A model generated the notes under the pieces. It saw only the letters and a list, made by a program, of their open reading frames with translations, had not been told where the DNA came from and made no database searches. 64,000 nucleotides of DNA. It comes from Candidatus Omnitrophota bacterium (GTDB taxonomy: Bacteria > Omnitrophota > Gorgyraeia > Zapsychrales > Fredricksoniimonadaceae). The stretch lies in the NCBI GenBank assembly GCA_016201795.1, contig JACQCF010000018.1:2820-66819 (forward strand), written 5' to 3'. Below are positions 50,077-59,620 of the stretch, piece after piece (the stretch's first letter is position 1; every line of letters starts with the position of its first letter). The translations under genes were made by a program, and so were the position numbers.

Positions 50077-50148
50077 TGTCATTGCGAGCGTAGCGAAGCA
50101 ATCTTTTTTAAAAAGATTACTTCGTCGCTACGCTCCTCGTAATGACAC
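50076..50148. repeat. Nested-palindrome intergenic repeat, copy C
   Basis: gtgtcattgcgagcgtagcgaagcaatc – tttttt aaaaa – gattacttcgtcgctacgc – tcctcgtaatgacac. It begins at the last base of the MTAP stop codon and ends 8 nt before the ileS start. Confidence 0.6.
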
Positions 50149-50156
50149 CTAATTTT

Positions 50157-52919
50157 ATGGATTATCAAAAAACATTAAATTTACCCAAGACCGATTTTGC
50201 CATGAAGGCGAATCTGGTGCAAAAAGAGCCGCAGTGTTTGGCGCAGTGGCAGAAGGATAAAATTTACGAGCATCTGCGTGCTAAAGCCAAAGGTAAAAAA
50301 CCTTTCATTCTGCACGATGGGCCGCCGTATGCCAATGGCCATATTCACATCGGCCACGCGCTCAATAAAATTCTCAAAGACATCATTGTCCGTTATAAAA
50401 CCATGAAAGGCTTTGACGCCCTTTACGTGCCCGGCTGGGACTGCCACGGCCTGCCTATCGAGCATCAACTGCTCAAAGAGTTAAAAGCTCAAAAAAGCGA
50501 TTTCGATACGGTTGTGTTTCGCAAGAAAGCCCATGAATACGCCATGAAGTTCGTCGACATTCAGCGCGAGGAGTTTAAACGTCTAGGAATTTGGGGGGAT
50601 TGGGACAAGCCTTATCTGACGCTGGACCCCGGTTATGAATACTGGATTCTCAAATCTTTAGCGGCGCTCACCCGTCAGGGCTATGTTTACCGCAGTTTAA
50701 AACCGGTGAACTGGTGTTTTAGCTGTGAAACCGCCTTGGCCGAGGCTGAGGTGGAGTATGAAGACCGCAGCTCACCGACGGTATTTGTGCGCTTTCCGGT
50801 GAATAATCCCGATGTGCTTGGGCTTCCTGCGGGCAAGAAAGTGTCGATGTTAATTTGGACAACCACGCCGTGGACATTATTAGCCAACGTGGCGGTGGCT
50901 TCTCATGCAGATTTTACTTATGTGCTGGCGGATTTGGGCCAGGAAATTTTTATTTTGGAAAAAACTTTATCCGAGAAAATTTTAACTAAAACTACATTCA
51001 AGGTGATTAAAGAAGTCAGGGGAAAAGATTTGACCAAGGTCGTTTACAGCCATCCTTTTGATAAATTACAGAATTGTCCCGTCTTTAATGCCGATTATGT
51101 CACCAAACAAGACGGTACAGGTATAGTGCATATAGCCCCGGGGCATGGTCAAGAAGACTATCAAGTTGGTTTGACTCATCATTTACCAGTACTTATGCCG
51201 GTCACTAGTAAAGGTGTTTTCAATAAGGACGGCGCCCCGTTTACAGGCCAACATGTTTTTAAAGCCAATGAAGCCATCGTTGAGGATCTTAAGGCCAGGG
51301 GGCTTTTATTTTTGATGGAGAATATCCAACATTCTTATCCCCATTGCTGGCGCTGTAAAAGCCCGATCATTTTTCGTGCCACCGAGCAGTGGTTTTTAAA
51401 CGTGGAGCATAAGAATTTAAGAAAACGGCTTGAAATTGCCATTGAAAACGAGGTGCAATGGTTTCCACCGACGGGCCGCGAGCGCATTTTAGGGATGGTG
51501 TCTACCCGTCCAGACTGGTGTTTGTCCCGTCAGCGGATGTGGGGAGTGCCAATCCCAGCGCTGGTGTGTACTAGTTGCAAGGGAGCACATAAATTATTTG
51601 TTGAGGTCATTGAACATTTTGCCCAACTGGTTAAGACACACGGCAGCGACGTGTGGTTTGAAAAAGACCTTAAGAAGCTGCTACCGCCAGGATTTAAATG
51701 TCCGGCTTGTGGCGGGAATACTTTTGAGAAAACATATGATATTCTCGACGTGTGGTTTGATTCCGGGGTCAGCCATCAGGCGGTGTTTCGTACCCTTATC
51801 AACATTCCTTTGCCGGCGGATTTGTATTTGGAAGGTTCGGATCAGCACCGCGGGTGGTTTCAGTCGTCTCTGATTCCATCCATCGCCATCGACGATAAAG
51901 CTCCTTACCGTCAAGTGTTGACCCATGGTTTTGTGGTTGACGGCCAGGGAAGAAAAATGTCTAAATCCTTAGGCAATGTGATTTCCCCCCAGGACATGAT
52001 CAATCAAAACGGCGCGGAAATTTTGCGTTTGTGGGTGGCTTCCAGTTCTTATAACGATGATGTGAGGATATCCAAGGAGATTATCGATCGCCTGGTGGAT
52101 GCCTACCGCAAAATCCGCAACACCGTGCGTTATTTATTGGGCAATTTAAACGATTTTAATCCGGACAAAGATTGTCTGGCCTATGTCAAGCTTCTGGATT
52201 TGGACCGCTGGGCTTTAAACCGTTTGGCCCAGGTGATTCAAACCTCAGATGAAGCTTATGCGGCCTACGATTTTGTTAAAGTGTACAAGACCATTTACAG
52301 CTTTTGCAATGAAGATCTATCCAGCATTTATCTTGACATCCTCAAAGACCGATTGTATACTTGCCCCGCTTTATCGGTCCAAAGAAAGTCAGCACAGACG
52401 GTTCTTTACCATATTCTCGATTGTCTCACGCGTATCATTGCTCCCGTAATGGTCGTTACCGCCGAGGAGATTTTTGCCATCAGCCCCAAAAGCAAAGAGA
52501 CTTCCAAAGAATCGAGTGTACATTTATTAACCTGGCCAACGATTGAGGGCGCCTGGGTTTCTAAAGAAATTGAGCAGAAGTTTAAGGTTCTTTTGGATTT
52601 ACGTCCGTTGGTGCTCAAAGCCCTGGATGAACAAAGAAAGCAGGGGGCTATCGGCAGCGGTTTGCAAGCCAAAGTGATTATCAAGACCGCCAGCCAGCGC
52701 GATTTTGATTATCTCAAAAGTTTCGGCGATGATTTAGCTTTTTATTTTATTGTTTCACAAGTGTCGCTGCAGAAAGCCCAGGCGTTTGCTATTGAAATTC
52801 ACCCTGCCGATGGTACCAAATGCAGCCGCTGTTGGAATTGGCGCACGGAAGTAGGAAAACATCCCAAACATCCGAGTTTGTGTTCACGTTGTGCCGAGGT
52901 AGTCGAGAGTTTAGCGTAG
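50157..52919 (+). CDS. ileS: Isoleucine--tRNA ligase
   Basis: HIGH and KMSKS motifs, and the N-terminus MDYQKTLNLPKTDF typical of IleS. The ORF-track ATG at 50142 lies inside the repeat and is probably not used. Confidence 0.95.
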   Translation: MDYQKTLNLPKTDFAMKANLVQKEPQCLAQWQKDKIYEHLRAKAKGKKPFILHDGPPYANGHIHIGHALNKILKDIIVRYKTMKGFDALYVPGWDCHGLPIEHQLLKELKAQKSDFDTVVFRKKAHEYAMKFVDIQREEFKRLGIWGDWDKPYLTLDPGYEYWILKSLAALTRQGYVYRSLKPVNWCFSCETALAEAEVEYEDRSSPTVFVRFPVNNPDVLGLPAGKKVSMLIWTTTPWTLLANVAVASHADFTYVLADLGQEIFILEKTLSEKILTKTTFKVIKEVRGKDLTKVVYSHPFDKLQNCPVFNADYVTKQDGTGIVHIAPGHGQEDYQVGLTHHLPVLMPVTSKGVFNKDGAPFTGQHVFKANEAIVEDLKARGLLFLMENIQHSYPHCWRCKSPIIFRATEQWFLNVEHKNLRKRLEIAIENEVQWFPPTGRERILGMVSTRPDWCLSRQRMWGVPIPALVCTSCKGAHKLFVEVIEHFAQLVKTHGSDVWFEKDLKKLLPPGFKCPACGGNTFEKTYDILDVWFDSGVSHQAVFRTLINIPLPADLYLEGSDQHRGWFQSSLIPSIAIDDKAPYRQVLTHGFVVDGQGRKMSKSLGNVISPQDMINQNGAEILRLWVASSSYNDDVRISKEIIDRLVDAYRKIRNTVRYLLGNLNDFNPDKDCLAYVKLLDLDRWALNRLAQVIQTSDEAYAAYDFVKVYKTIYSFCNEDLSSIYLDILKDRLYTCPALSVQRKSAQTVLYHILDCLTRIIAPVMVVTAEEIFAISPKSKETSKESSVHLLTWPTIEGAWVSKEIEQKFKVLLDLRPLVLKALDEQRKQGAIGSGLQAKVIIKTASQRDFDYLKSFGDDLAFYFIVSQVSLQKAQAFAIEIHPADGTKCSRCWNWRTEVGKHPKHPSLCSRCAEVVESLA

Positions 52920-52941
52920 GGGTCCCGCCATGGCGGGACCC
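52920..52941 (+). other. Perfect 10-bp GC-rich palindrome (hairpin) between ileS and the dksA-like gene
   Basis: ggggtcccgcc at ggcgggacccc. No downstream U-tract. The RBS aaggag follows. Confidence 0.6.
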
Positions 52942-52962
52942 GTACACAAGGAGAAATATTTC

Positions 52963-53361
52963 ATGCCTGCAAAAGTAAAAAAGAAAAAAATCAATCCCAA
53001 GTTTGAAATTTATAGAAAACTGCTTTTGAAAACCAAAGAGCAGATTTTAGGCGATATTCATCATCTTGCGGATGAAAATGCCGGCAGCGCCAATGACCGC
53101 GGTGGCGATGTCTCGGGCCATGCTTTGCATATGGCGGATGTGGCTACCGATATGTACGACCGCGAATTCGCTTTAGGTTTAGCCGCCAATGACCGTGATC
53201 TTTTATCCCGCATTAATCAGGCCATGGCCCGTATCGAAGAGGGCACTTACGGGATTTGTTTGGAGTGCAAAAAGTCCATTACCGCCACCCGTTTAAAAGC
53301 CTTGCCGCATGCTAGAACCTGTTTGAAATGCCAGCAGAAGCTTGAATCCCGACGCAGATAG
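52963..53361 (+). CDS. DksA/TraR-family C4 zinc-finger protein
   Basis: C-terminal CLECKKSI…CLKCQ. RBS aaggag 9 nt upstream of this ATG. Confidence 0.8.
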   Translation: MPAKVKKKKINPKFEIYRKLLLKTKEQILGDIHHLADENAGSANDRGGDVSGHALHMADVATDMYDREFALGLAANDRDLLSRINQAMARIEEGTYGICLECKKSITATRLKALPHARTCLKCQQKLESRRR

Positions 53362-53366
53362 GCCTC

Positions 53367-53846
53367 ATGAGTGATTTAAAACGTCCCAAGATTGATATTA
53401 TTATTTTTCTCTGCGGCGTTTTGGGTATCATTGTTTTCGACAGGCTCAGCAAAATCTTCTTTTCCCATCTTTTGGATTTAAACGAATCCGTCATCCTTAT
53501 TAAAAATGTCCTGCATTTTACCCTCGTGCATAACAGCGGCATTGCCTTTGGTTTGCTCAAAGACTGCGGTTTTGTTTTTATCATTATTCCGCTTATTCTC
53601 ACCGGCCTTCTTATCTATAATGTTTACTATTACCGTCACAGCCAACAATTAAGCCGCACTTACATTGTGGCCTTTTCCTTAATATTAGGAGGGGCCATCG
53701 GTAATTTGATTGACCGGATGGTTTTTGGTTACGTTATTGATTTTATTGATTTTCGTATTTGGCCGGTGTTTAATATGGCGGATAGTGCCATCACCATGGG
53801 GGCAGTCATTATACTTTTTAAATGTATACCATCATCAAAGAGTTAA
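53367..53846 (+). CDS. lspA: Lipoprotein signal peptidase (signal peptidase II)
   Basis: NSGIAFG, GGAIGNLIDR and FNMAD motifs. Confidence 0.9.
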   Translation: MSDLKRPKIDIIIFLCGVLGIIVFDRLSKIFFSHLLDLNESVILIKNVLHFTLVHNSGIAFGLLKDCGFVFIIIPLILTGLLIYNVYYYRHSQQLSRTYIVAFSLILGGAIGNLIDRMVFGYVIDFIDFRIWPVFNMADSAITMGAVIILFKCIPSSKS

Positions 53847-53909
53847 TGGTTGATCGTTAATGGTGAATAGTTCAACCGTTAACCATGTACCATTAACTAT
53901 TAACTAAAA
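53847..53909. promoter_or_regulatory. Palindromic GTTAATGG-repeat region between lspA and lgt
   Basis: gttaatgg appears twice directly and accattaac twice inverted, around a central ggttaacc core. Confidence 0.3.
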
Positions 53910-54632
53910 ATGCATCCCATCCTCTTCAAAATAGGTTCTGTCATGATTTATTCTTATGGCGTCATGATCGCCCTGGCCGTGGTTGTTTGTACCTGGTTGT
54001 TAAATAGAGACGCGAAGGTTTATAAAATTCCCTCTGATGTGATTTATGATTTTATGTTCTGGAGTGTAGGTGGAGGTATTCTCGCAGGGCGGATCTTTTA
54101 TATTTTTTTAATGTGGGATTATTTTAGGCAGAATCCGCTGGAGATGATCATGATTCAACACGGCGGGTTAGCCTGGCAGGGAGGGCTCGGTGGCGGTTTA
54201 TTAGCGGGTATCTGGTTTGTGCGTCGTCAAAAACTGCCACTGAGATTATTTTTGGATTTGGGTGCGCCCTACATTGCTTTAGGGCAATCCATCGGCCGTA
54301 TCGGCTGTTTTTTTAATGGCTGTTGTTACGGCAAACCGGTGGCCTGGGGAATTTATTTTCCTATTCATGAGGCACGGCTTCATCCTACCCAGCTCTATGA
54401 AAGCGCAGGGCTTTTTTTAGCTTTTCTCATTTTGAAATACGCGCAAACCAAATCCCATCGGCAGGGAATGATTTTTGTTTTGTATTTATGGTTAGGAGCG
54501 ATGGAGCGTTTTGTGGTGGAATTTTTCCGTGCGGACCATGATCATCATTGGATGGGTTTAAATTTATTCCAGTACATCGCCCTGGGGATTTTTGTTGTCG
54601 GGATCGTTTTGCTTAGACGGTTTAAAAAATGA
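53910..54632 (+). CDS. lgt: Prolipoprotein diacylglyceryl transferase
   Basis: Lgt N-terminus and the GGILAGRIFY signature. Confidence 0.9.
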   Translation: MHPILFKIGSVMIYSYGVMIALAVVVCTWLLNRDAKVYKIPSDVIYDFMFWSVGGGILAGRIFYIFLMWDYFRQNPLEMIMIQHGGLAWQGGLGGGLLAGIWFVRRQKLPLRLFLDLGAPYIALGQSIGRIGCFFNGCCYGKPVAWGIYFPIHEARLHPTQLYESAGLFLAFLILKYAQTKSHRQGMIFVLYLWLGAMERFVVEFFRADHDHHWMGLNLFQYIALGIFVVGIVLLRRFKK

Positions 54633-55525
54633 AACAGACCTTTTTTGTGCAAGAGGCGTATCAGGATTTACGCCTGGATGTGTATCTGACTCATGTGATT
54701 GAAAGTATCCCTTCGCGCAGTTTTGTCAAGAAACTAATCGACACCGCATTAGTTACTGTCAACGGCAAAGGCGCTAAAACCAAATATAAAGTCACCATCG
54801 GGGATCGTGTTGAGGTGAATATAGACCCCGCGGCCTGGGGTCCCCAAGATTTACTAGCTCAGAAAATAGACTTGGATATTTTTTACGAAGACCCGGATAT
54901 TGTGGTGGTCAATAAACCCGTGGACTTAACCGTGCATCCGGCGGTAGGGGGTCGTAGCGGGACTTTGGTCAATGCTTTGCTGGGGCGGTTTGAGGAACTC
55001 TCCGATGTCAATGGCCCGGTGCGTCCGGGTATTGTGCATAGACTCGACCGCGACACCTCCGGCCTGATCGTGATTGCTAAAACCAATGTGTCCCATGCGC
55101 GTCTGGCACGTCAGTTTGAAAAACATACCGTGATGAAGCGTTATGTGGCTCGCGTGCAGGGTGTGGTCCAGTTTGATCAGGGGGTCGTCAATGCCCAAAT
55201 CGGACGCCATCAAAAATATCATGATCAGCGCCGCATTGTAGAAGAAGGCGAAGGCAAAGAAGCCGTTACTCTTTATCGGGTGATCAGGCGTTTTAAAAAA
55301 TCGACCCTGGTGGCGCTTTATCCTCAAACCGGACGTACGCATCAGCTAAGAGTGCACATGAAGCATTTAGGACATCCTATTTTAGGCGATGAAAAATACG
55401 GTCGCAAAGATAGTTTCCCGCGGCTGGCCTTGCACGCACAAAGCATTGCCTTTGAGCATCCGATCACCAGACAACCTGTTGAATTTTCCTGCCCGCCGCC
55501 TGCGGAGTTTTTGCAGGAGAATTAG
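54629..55525 (+). CDS. rluD: 23S rRNA pseudouridine synthase (RluA/RluD family)
   Basis: S4-like N-terminus and catalytic HRLDRDTSGL. Confidence 0.9.
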   Translation: MKQTFFVQEAYQDLRLDVYLTHVIESIPSRSFVKKLIDTALVTVNGKGAKTKYKVTIGDRVEVNIDPAAWGPQDLLAQKIDLDIFYEDPDIVVVNKPVDLTVHPAVGGRSGTLVNALLGRFEELSDVNGPVRPGIVHRLDRDTSGLIVIAKTNVSHARLARQFEKHTVMKRYVARVQGVVQFDQGVVNAQIGRHQKYHDQRRIVEEGEGKEAVTLYRVIRRFKKSTLVALYPQTGRTHQLRVHMKHLGHPILGDEKYGRKDSFPRLALHAQSIAFEHPITRQPVEFSCPPPAEFLQEN

Positions 55526-55570
55526 GAATTTACTCTTTACTACAGGCAGATTTTTCTTATAATAAAGACC

Positions 55571-56437
55571 ATGAGTCACTCCAGCGGGAAAACATCTATT
55601 ATTTTTGTCATTTTGATTTTAGTGCTGTTGGTTTCTTCAACGGCCATAGGCTTCTTTTTATACAACCAGGAAAATCAGATGCGTAAAGGCCTGGAAGCTC
55701 AGCTGGAGGAAAGTCATCAGCAGCAGGAAAAGCTTCAGGCCGATCTGAAAGATGCCAGAAAACAAGTGGTTCTTTTACAGGATAAAAATAAAGAGGCGGA
55801 TAACAAGATTAATAGTTTGATGGATGAGATAGAGCTTAATGAAGGCCTGCGCAATGAATTAAAGAAAGAGAATACTTCGCTCAAAGATACCGTTGAAGCG
55901 GCCAAGAAGGAAAAAGATAAAGTTCGTTCGGATTTGGATGAAACGGCCAAAAAATTTCAGGAAACCCAGGAATTATTAAAAGCGGAGCAAGATAAAACCA
56001 AAGACTTACAAACCAAGATACAGGATTTAGAGCAAGCCAAGCAGCAAGCGGACACCAAAGTAGAAGAGCCCAAGCCCCAGACGGTGATATCCTCCGCTCC
56101 CGTGACGTCTGATGAGCAGATTCCCAGTGAGCCGATTCATGTTTCTTCTCAAAATCAAAATAAAATGGAATTAGATAAGATTGTGGTTGGCCAACAGGAG
56201 GGGACTAAAGGACGAATTTTGAGCGTGGATAGAGAAACAGAATTTGTCATCTGCAGTTTGGGGAGCAATCAGGGGGTTAAGTCCGGTGATGTGCTTTCCG
56301 TTTATCGGGGAGATAAGTACGTGGGCGATGTTAAGGTTTCTCGTGTTCAGGATGAAATGTGCGCCGCAGATTTTATTCCACCGTTTTCCAGCCATAAAGT
56401 TCGTAAGAATGACATTGTGGTCTTCAAGCAATCATGA
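55571..56437 (+). CDS. Membrane-anchored coiled-coil protein with a C-terminal beta-rich domain, function unknown
   Basis: N-terminal TM helix (IIFVILILVLLVSSTAIGFFL), about 150 aa of Q/E/K/L-rich coiled coil, and a C-terminal roughly 90-aa domain. Confidence 0.6.
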   Translation: MSHSSGKTSIIFVILILVLLVSSTAIGFFLYNQENQMRKGLEAQLEESHQQQEKLQADLKDARKQVVLLQDKNKEADNKINSLMDEIELNEGLRNELKKENTSLKDTVEAAKKEKDKVRSDLDETAKKFQETQELLKAEQDKTKDLQTKIQDLEQAKQQADTKVEEPKPQTVISSAPVTSDEQIPSEPIHVSSQNQNKMELDKIVVGQQEGTKGRILSVDRETEFVICSLGSNQGVKSGDVLSVYRGDKYVGDVKVSRVQDEMCAADFIPPFSSHKVRKNDIVVFKQS

Positions 56438-57711
56438 TTCTTAACGTTAGGCCGGTTCCATTTTTAAAAGGCCGGATTCAACTGCCCGCCTCAAAATCTT
56501 ATTCGATCCGTAGTTTTATCATCGCGGCCTGCGGTGGTTTATCGAAGATCATTCATCCCTCGGATTGCGACGATGCCGTGGTGGCTCGGAATTTAGCCAA
56601 AAGTCTGGGGGCTAAAGTGCATCGTCAAAAAGACGGATATGCCATTGAAGCCCGCTCAAAAGTTTTTTCTTTCAAGACTTTTTCGGTGGGCGAATCAGGC
56701 ACCAGTTTAAGATTTTTACTGCCGTTATTGTCCCTGCACACCCGAAAAGCAATAGTTAAGGGCAAAGGCACGTTGATTGGCCGGCCGAATGCGCATTTAT
56801 GCCAGAGCCTTCGCGCCTGTGGTATGAACATTAAAGGTAGTGGCCCTAAAGAGTCCGTACCGATGGTGTATGAGGGAGGATGTCTCAAAGGCGGTACGAT
56901 TGAGATTGATGGCAGTTTAAGTTCACAGTTTATCTCTGCGCTTTTGATTGCCCTGCCTCGACTGGCCGTTGAAAGCCGTATGGTCATTATTGGCGCAAGG
57001 ATGGTATCCACGGATTATATTATGATGACCCGTCAGATCCTGGCTAAAGCAGGTATTAGCTGTAAGGCTATGGGTAACCGGGCATATGTTATTAAAGGTC
57101 ATCAAAATTTTAAGGGGCTAAAGAATTTTTTGGTTCCTTCGGATTACGGATTGGCCGCTTTTGCGATGGGGGCGGCTGCGATTTTACCGTCTCAAGTTGT
57201 GCTTACAGGCTATTTAAAAGATGATTTGATGCAATCCGATGGGCATATTTTAGAATTTTTAAAAAAGATGGGAGTGGTTTTTCAAAAAACAGATTCTGCG
57301 ATTTCGATGCAAGGGCCTTTTGTTTTAAAAGGCGGAACTTTTTCTTTAAAGAATTGTCCGGATCTGGTGCCTATCATGACGGTTCTAGCCCTTTTTGCCA
57401 AGGGTCAGACTAAATTGGTGGATGTTTATCATGTTCGCGTCAAAGAGTCCAACCGCATCAGCGATGTGCGCAAGGAATTGTTTAAGGTAGGTGCGAATGT
57501 TAAGGAAACGGCCAATGGTTTAATCATCACGCCCAAAAGCTCTTATCAAACCAGTCGACTTTTAGACAGCCATCATGACCATCGTTTGGCCATGGCCTGG
57601 ACCGTGTTAGGTATGAAAATCGGCGCTCGGGTCAAAGACATCGAATCCTGCCGTAAATCTTATCCCGCGTTTGTTAACGATATGAAATCATTAGGTTTAA
57701 GAGTTCCGTAG
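56434..57711 (+). CDS. aroA: 3-phosphoshikimate 1-carboxyvinyltransferase (EPSP synthase)
   Basis: LPASKSYSIR (the EPSPS LPGSKS motif) at the N-terminus; 425 aa. Confidence 0.8.
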   Translation: MILNVRPVPFLKGRIQLPASKSYSIRSFIIAACGGLSKIIHPSDCDDAVVARNLAKSLGAKVHRQKDGYAIEARSKVFSFKTFSVGESGTSLRFLLPLLSLHTRKAIVKGKGTLIGRPNAHLCQSLRACGMNIKGSGPKESVPMVYEGGCLKGGTIEIDGSLSSQFISALLIALPRLAVESRMVIIGARMVSTDYIMMTRQILAKAGISCKAMGNRAYVIKGHQNFKGLKNFLVPSDYGLAAFAMGAAAILPSQVVLTGYLKDDLMQSDGHILEFLKKMGVVFQKTDSAISMQGPFVLKGGTFSLKNCPDLVPIMTVLALFAKGQTKLVDVYHVRVKESNRISDVRKELFKVGANVKETANGLIITPKSSYQTSRLLDSHHDHRLAMAWTVLGMKIGARVKDIESCRKSYPAFVNDMKSLGLRVP

Positions 57712-57758
57712 TAAAATTGTTTGACACCCTAAGGGCTTTTGGTTAATATGTTGCCATT

Positions 57759-58829
57759 ATGATTTCCCGAATTCAGAAAATTTTCCGCAAAGTTTCCGAT
57801 TATGTTCTAGGTTTATTCTCCAAAGATATGGGGATTGATTTAGGAACAGCCACCACCCTGGTGTATGTCAAGGGCGAAGGGGTGGTGTTGTGCGAGCCAT
57901 CGGTCGTGGCTATTGAAAAAGACACCAACCACGTGCTGGCGGTGGGGGAAGAGGCCAAGCGCATGTTGGGCCGTACCCCAGGCAGTATTGTGGCCATTCG
58001 TCCGATGAAAGACGGCGTTATTTCGGATTTTGAAGTAACAGAAGCCATGTTGAAATATTTCATCAGAAAAGTGCAACCCCGTCGTTTTTTTAGTCCGACG
58101 ATTGTCATTGCCATTCCATCAGGCATTACGGAAGTGGAAAAACGTGCGGTCATTGATTCCGCCGAACACGCCGGCGCTCGCCATGTGATTTTGATTGAAG
58201 AGCCCAAAGCCGCGGCCATTGGCGTGGGTCTTCCTGTGTATGAGCCGGCCGGCAACATGATTATTGATATCGGCGGCGGCACAACGGAATTCGCGGTGAT
58301 TTCCTTAGGCGGCATGGTGTATGCCAAATCCATACGCATTGCGGGTGATGAAATGGATATGGCCATTATCGAATATTTACGTAAGACTTACAATTTGATG
58401 ATCGGTGAACGTACCGCGGAGGAGGTCAAAATCCGTTTAGGTTCGGCCTATCCTTTGGAAGAAGAGTTAAACATGGATGTGCGCGGTCGCGACTTGATTG
58501 CGGGTTTGCCTAAAACCATTAATGTGACTTCCGTGGAAATTCGTGAAGCATTGGCGGATCCGGTGCAGGCGATTGTGGATGCCTCCAAATCGACGCTGGA
58601 ACATACGCCTCCGGAATTGGCGGCGGATTTGATCGACCGCGGCATTGTCATGGCCGGCGGCGGTTCTTTGCTTCGTGGTTTGGATAAACGTATCGCTGAG
58701 GAAACCGGTTTGCCGGTGCATGTGGCGGATGATCCTTTAACGGCGGTGGTCAACGGTACCGGCGAGACGCTCAATATGTCTCCAGCCTTGCGCCGGCGTT
58801 TTACCCAGCATACTAAATTAGACTTCTAG
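57759..58829 (+). CDS. mreB: Rod shape-determining protein MreB
   Basis: [13 protein letters not shown] and actin-fold motifs; 356 aa. Confidence 0.95.
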   Translation: MISRIQKIFRKVSDYVLGLFSKDMGIDLGTATTLVYVKGEGVVLCEPSVVAIEKDTNHVLAVGEEAKRMLGRTPGSIVAIRPMKDGVISDFEVTEAMLKYFIRKVQPRRFFSPTIVIAIPSGITEVEKRAVIDSAEHAGARHVILIEEPKAAAIGVGLPVYEPAGNMIIDIGGGTTEFAVISLGGMVYAKSIRIAGDEMDMAIIEYLRKTYNLMIGERTAEEVKIRLGSAYPLEEELNMDVRGRDLIAGLPKTINVTSVEIREALADPVQAIVDASKSTLEHTPPELAADLIDRGIVMAGGGSLLRGLDKRIAEETGLPVHVADDPLTAVVNGTGETLNMSPALRRRFTQHTKLDF

Positions 58830-58838
58830 TAAACTAAT

Positions 58839-59615
58839 GTGTTTCGCAAATACCTCAAAAAAGCCATCTATATTAGCATCCTCGCTGTCCCTCTTTTGAT
58901 TCTTCTTTTACATCCCAAATCTTTAAGACCCACGTTTTTGTTGGATGTAACCGCTAAACCGATTCAGTGGTTTGAAGCGCCTGTCTTTGAGCTCAAGAAA
59001 TTATTTTACTTTCGTGAAACTTACGATGAATATTTGAAACTTAAAAAACAAGCGGAGGCACTCAGAGCACGTCTGGTCTATCTGCAAGAAACCATTGAAC
59101 AAAATAAACGTTATGAGACAATGTCAGAATTCCGTCGTACACAGGACTATGTGTCGGTTGTTGCTAGTGTCGTCGGCCGCGATCCTTCCAATTGGAATGC
59201 GTCTTTGATTATCAACCGCGGACAAAAAGATGGTCTTAAAGTGGGCATGTCGGTGGTGTCCCCGCTCGGGGTAGTGGGGCGCATTTTTGAAATTGGCAAC
59301 AACACGGCCAAAGTGATTTTGGTTTCTGATCCCAGCTTTAGTGTGGCTGCCTTAGTGCAGCGTACGCGTGAAAGCGGACTTCTAACCGGCTCTTTGCAGG
59401 GACTTTGCCGGTTGGAATATTTGACGGATAAAGCGGATGTGAAGGTCGGGGATAGAGTGGTTACGTCCAAGCTTAGCTCAGCCTTTCCTGAAGGGATTTT
59501 GATTGGTCAAGTCTCGGATGTGCAAGCCAGCGAAAACAGTCATACGGTAGAGTGTCTGGTCGAGCCTGCGGTTGATCTGTCCCAGATTGAAGAAGTGATT
59601 GTGATTAAGAAATAA
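58839..59615 (+). CDS. mreC: Rod shape-determining protein MreC
   Basis: N-terminal TM, a coiled coil, and a C-terminal beta domain (GMSVVSPLGVVGRI). Confidence 0.85.
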   Translation: MFRKYLKKAIYISILAVPLLILLLHPKSLRPTFLLDVTAKPIQWFEAPVFELKKLFYFRETYDEYLKLKKQAEALRARLVYLQETIEQNKRYETMSEFRRTQDYVSVVASVVGRDPSNWNASLIINRGQKDGLKVGMSVVSPLGVVGRIFEIGNNTAKVILVSDPSFSVAALVQRTRESGLLTGSLQGLCRLEYLTDKADVKVGDRVVTSKLSSAFPEGILIGQVSDVQASENSHTVECLVEPAVDLSQIEEVIVIKK

Positions 59616-59620
59616 AATTT

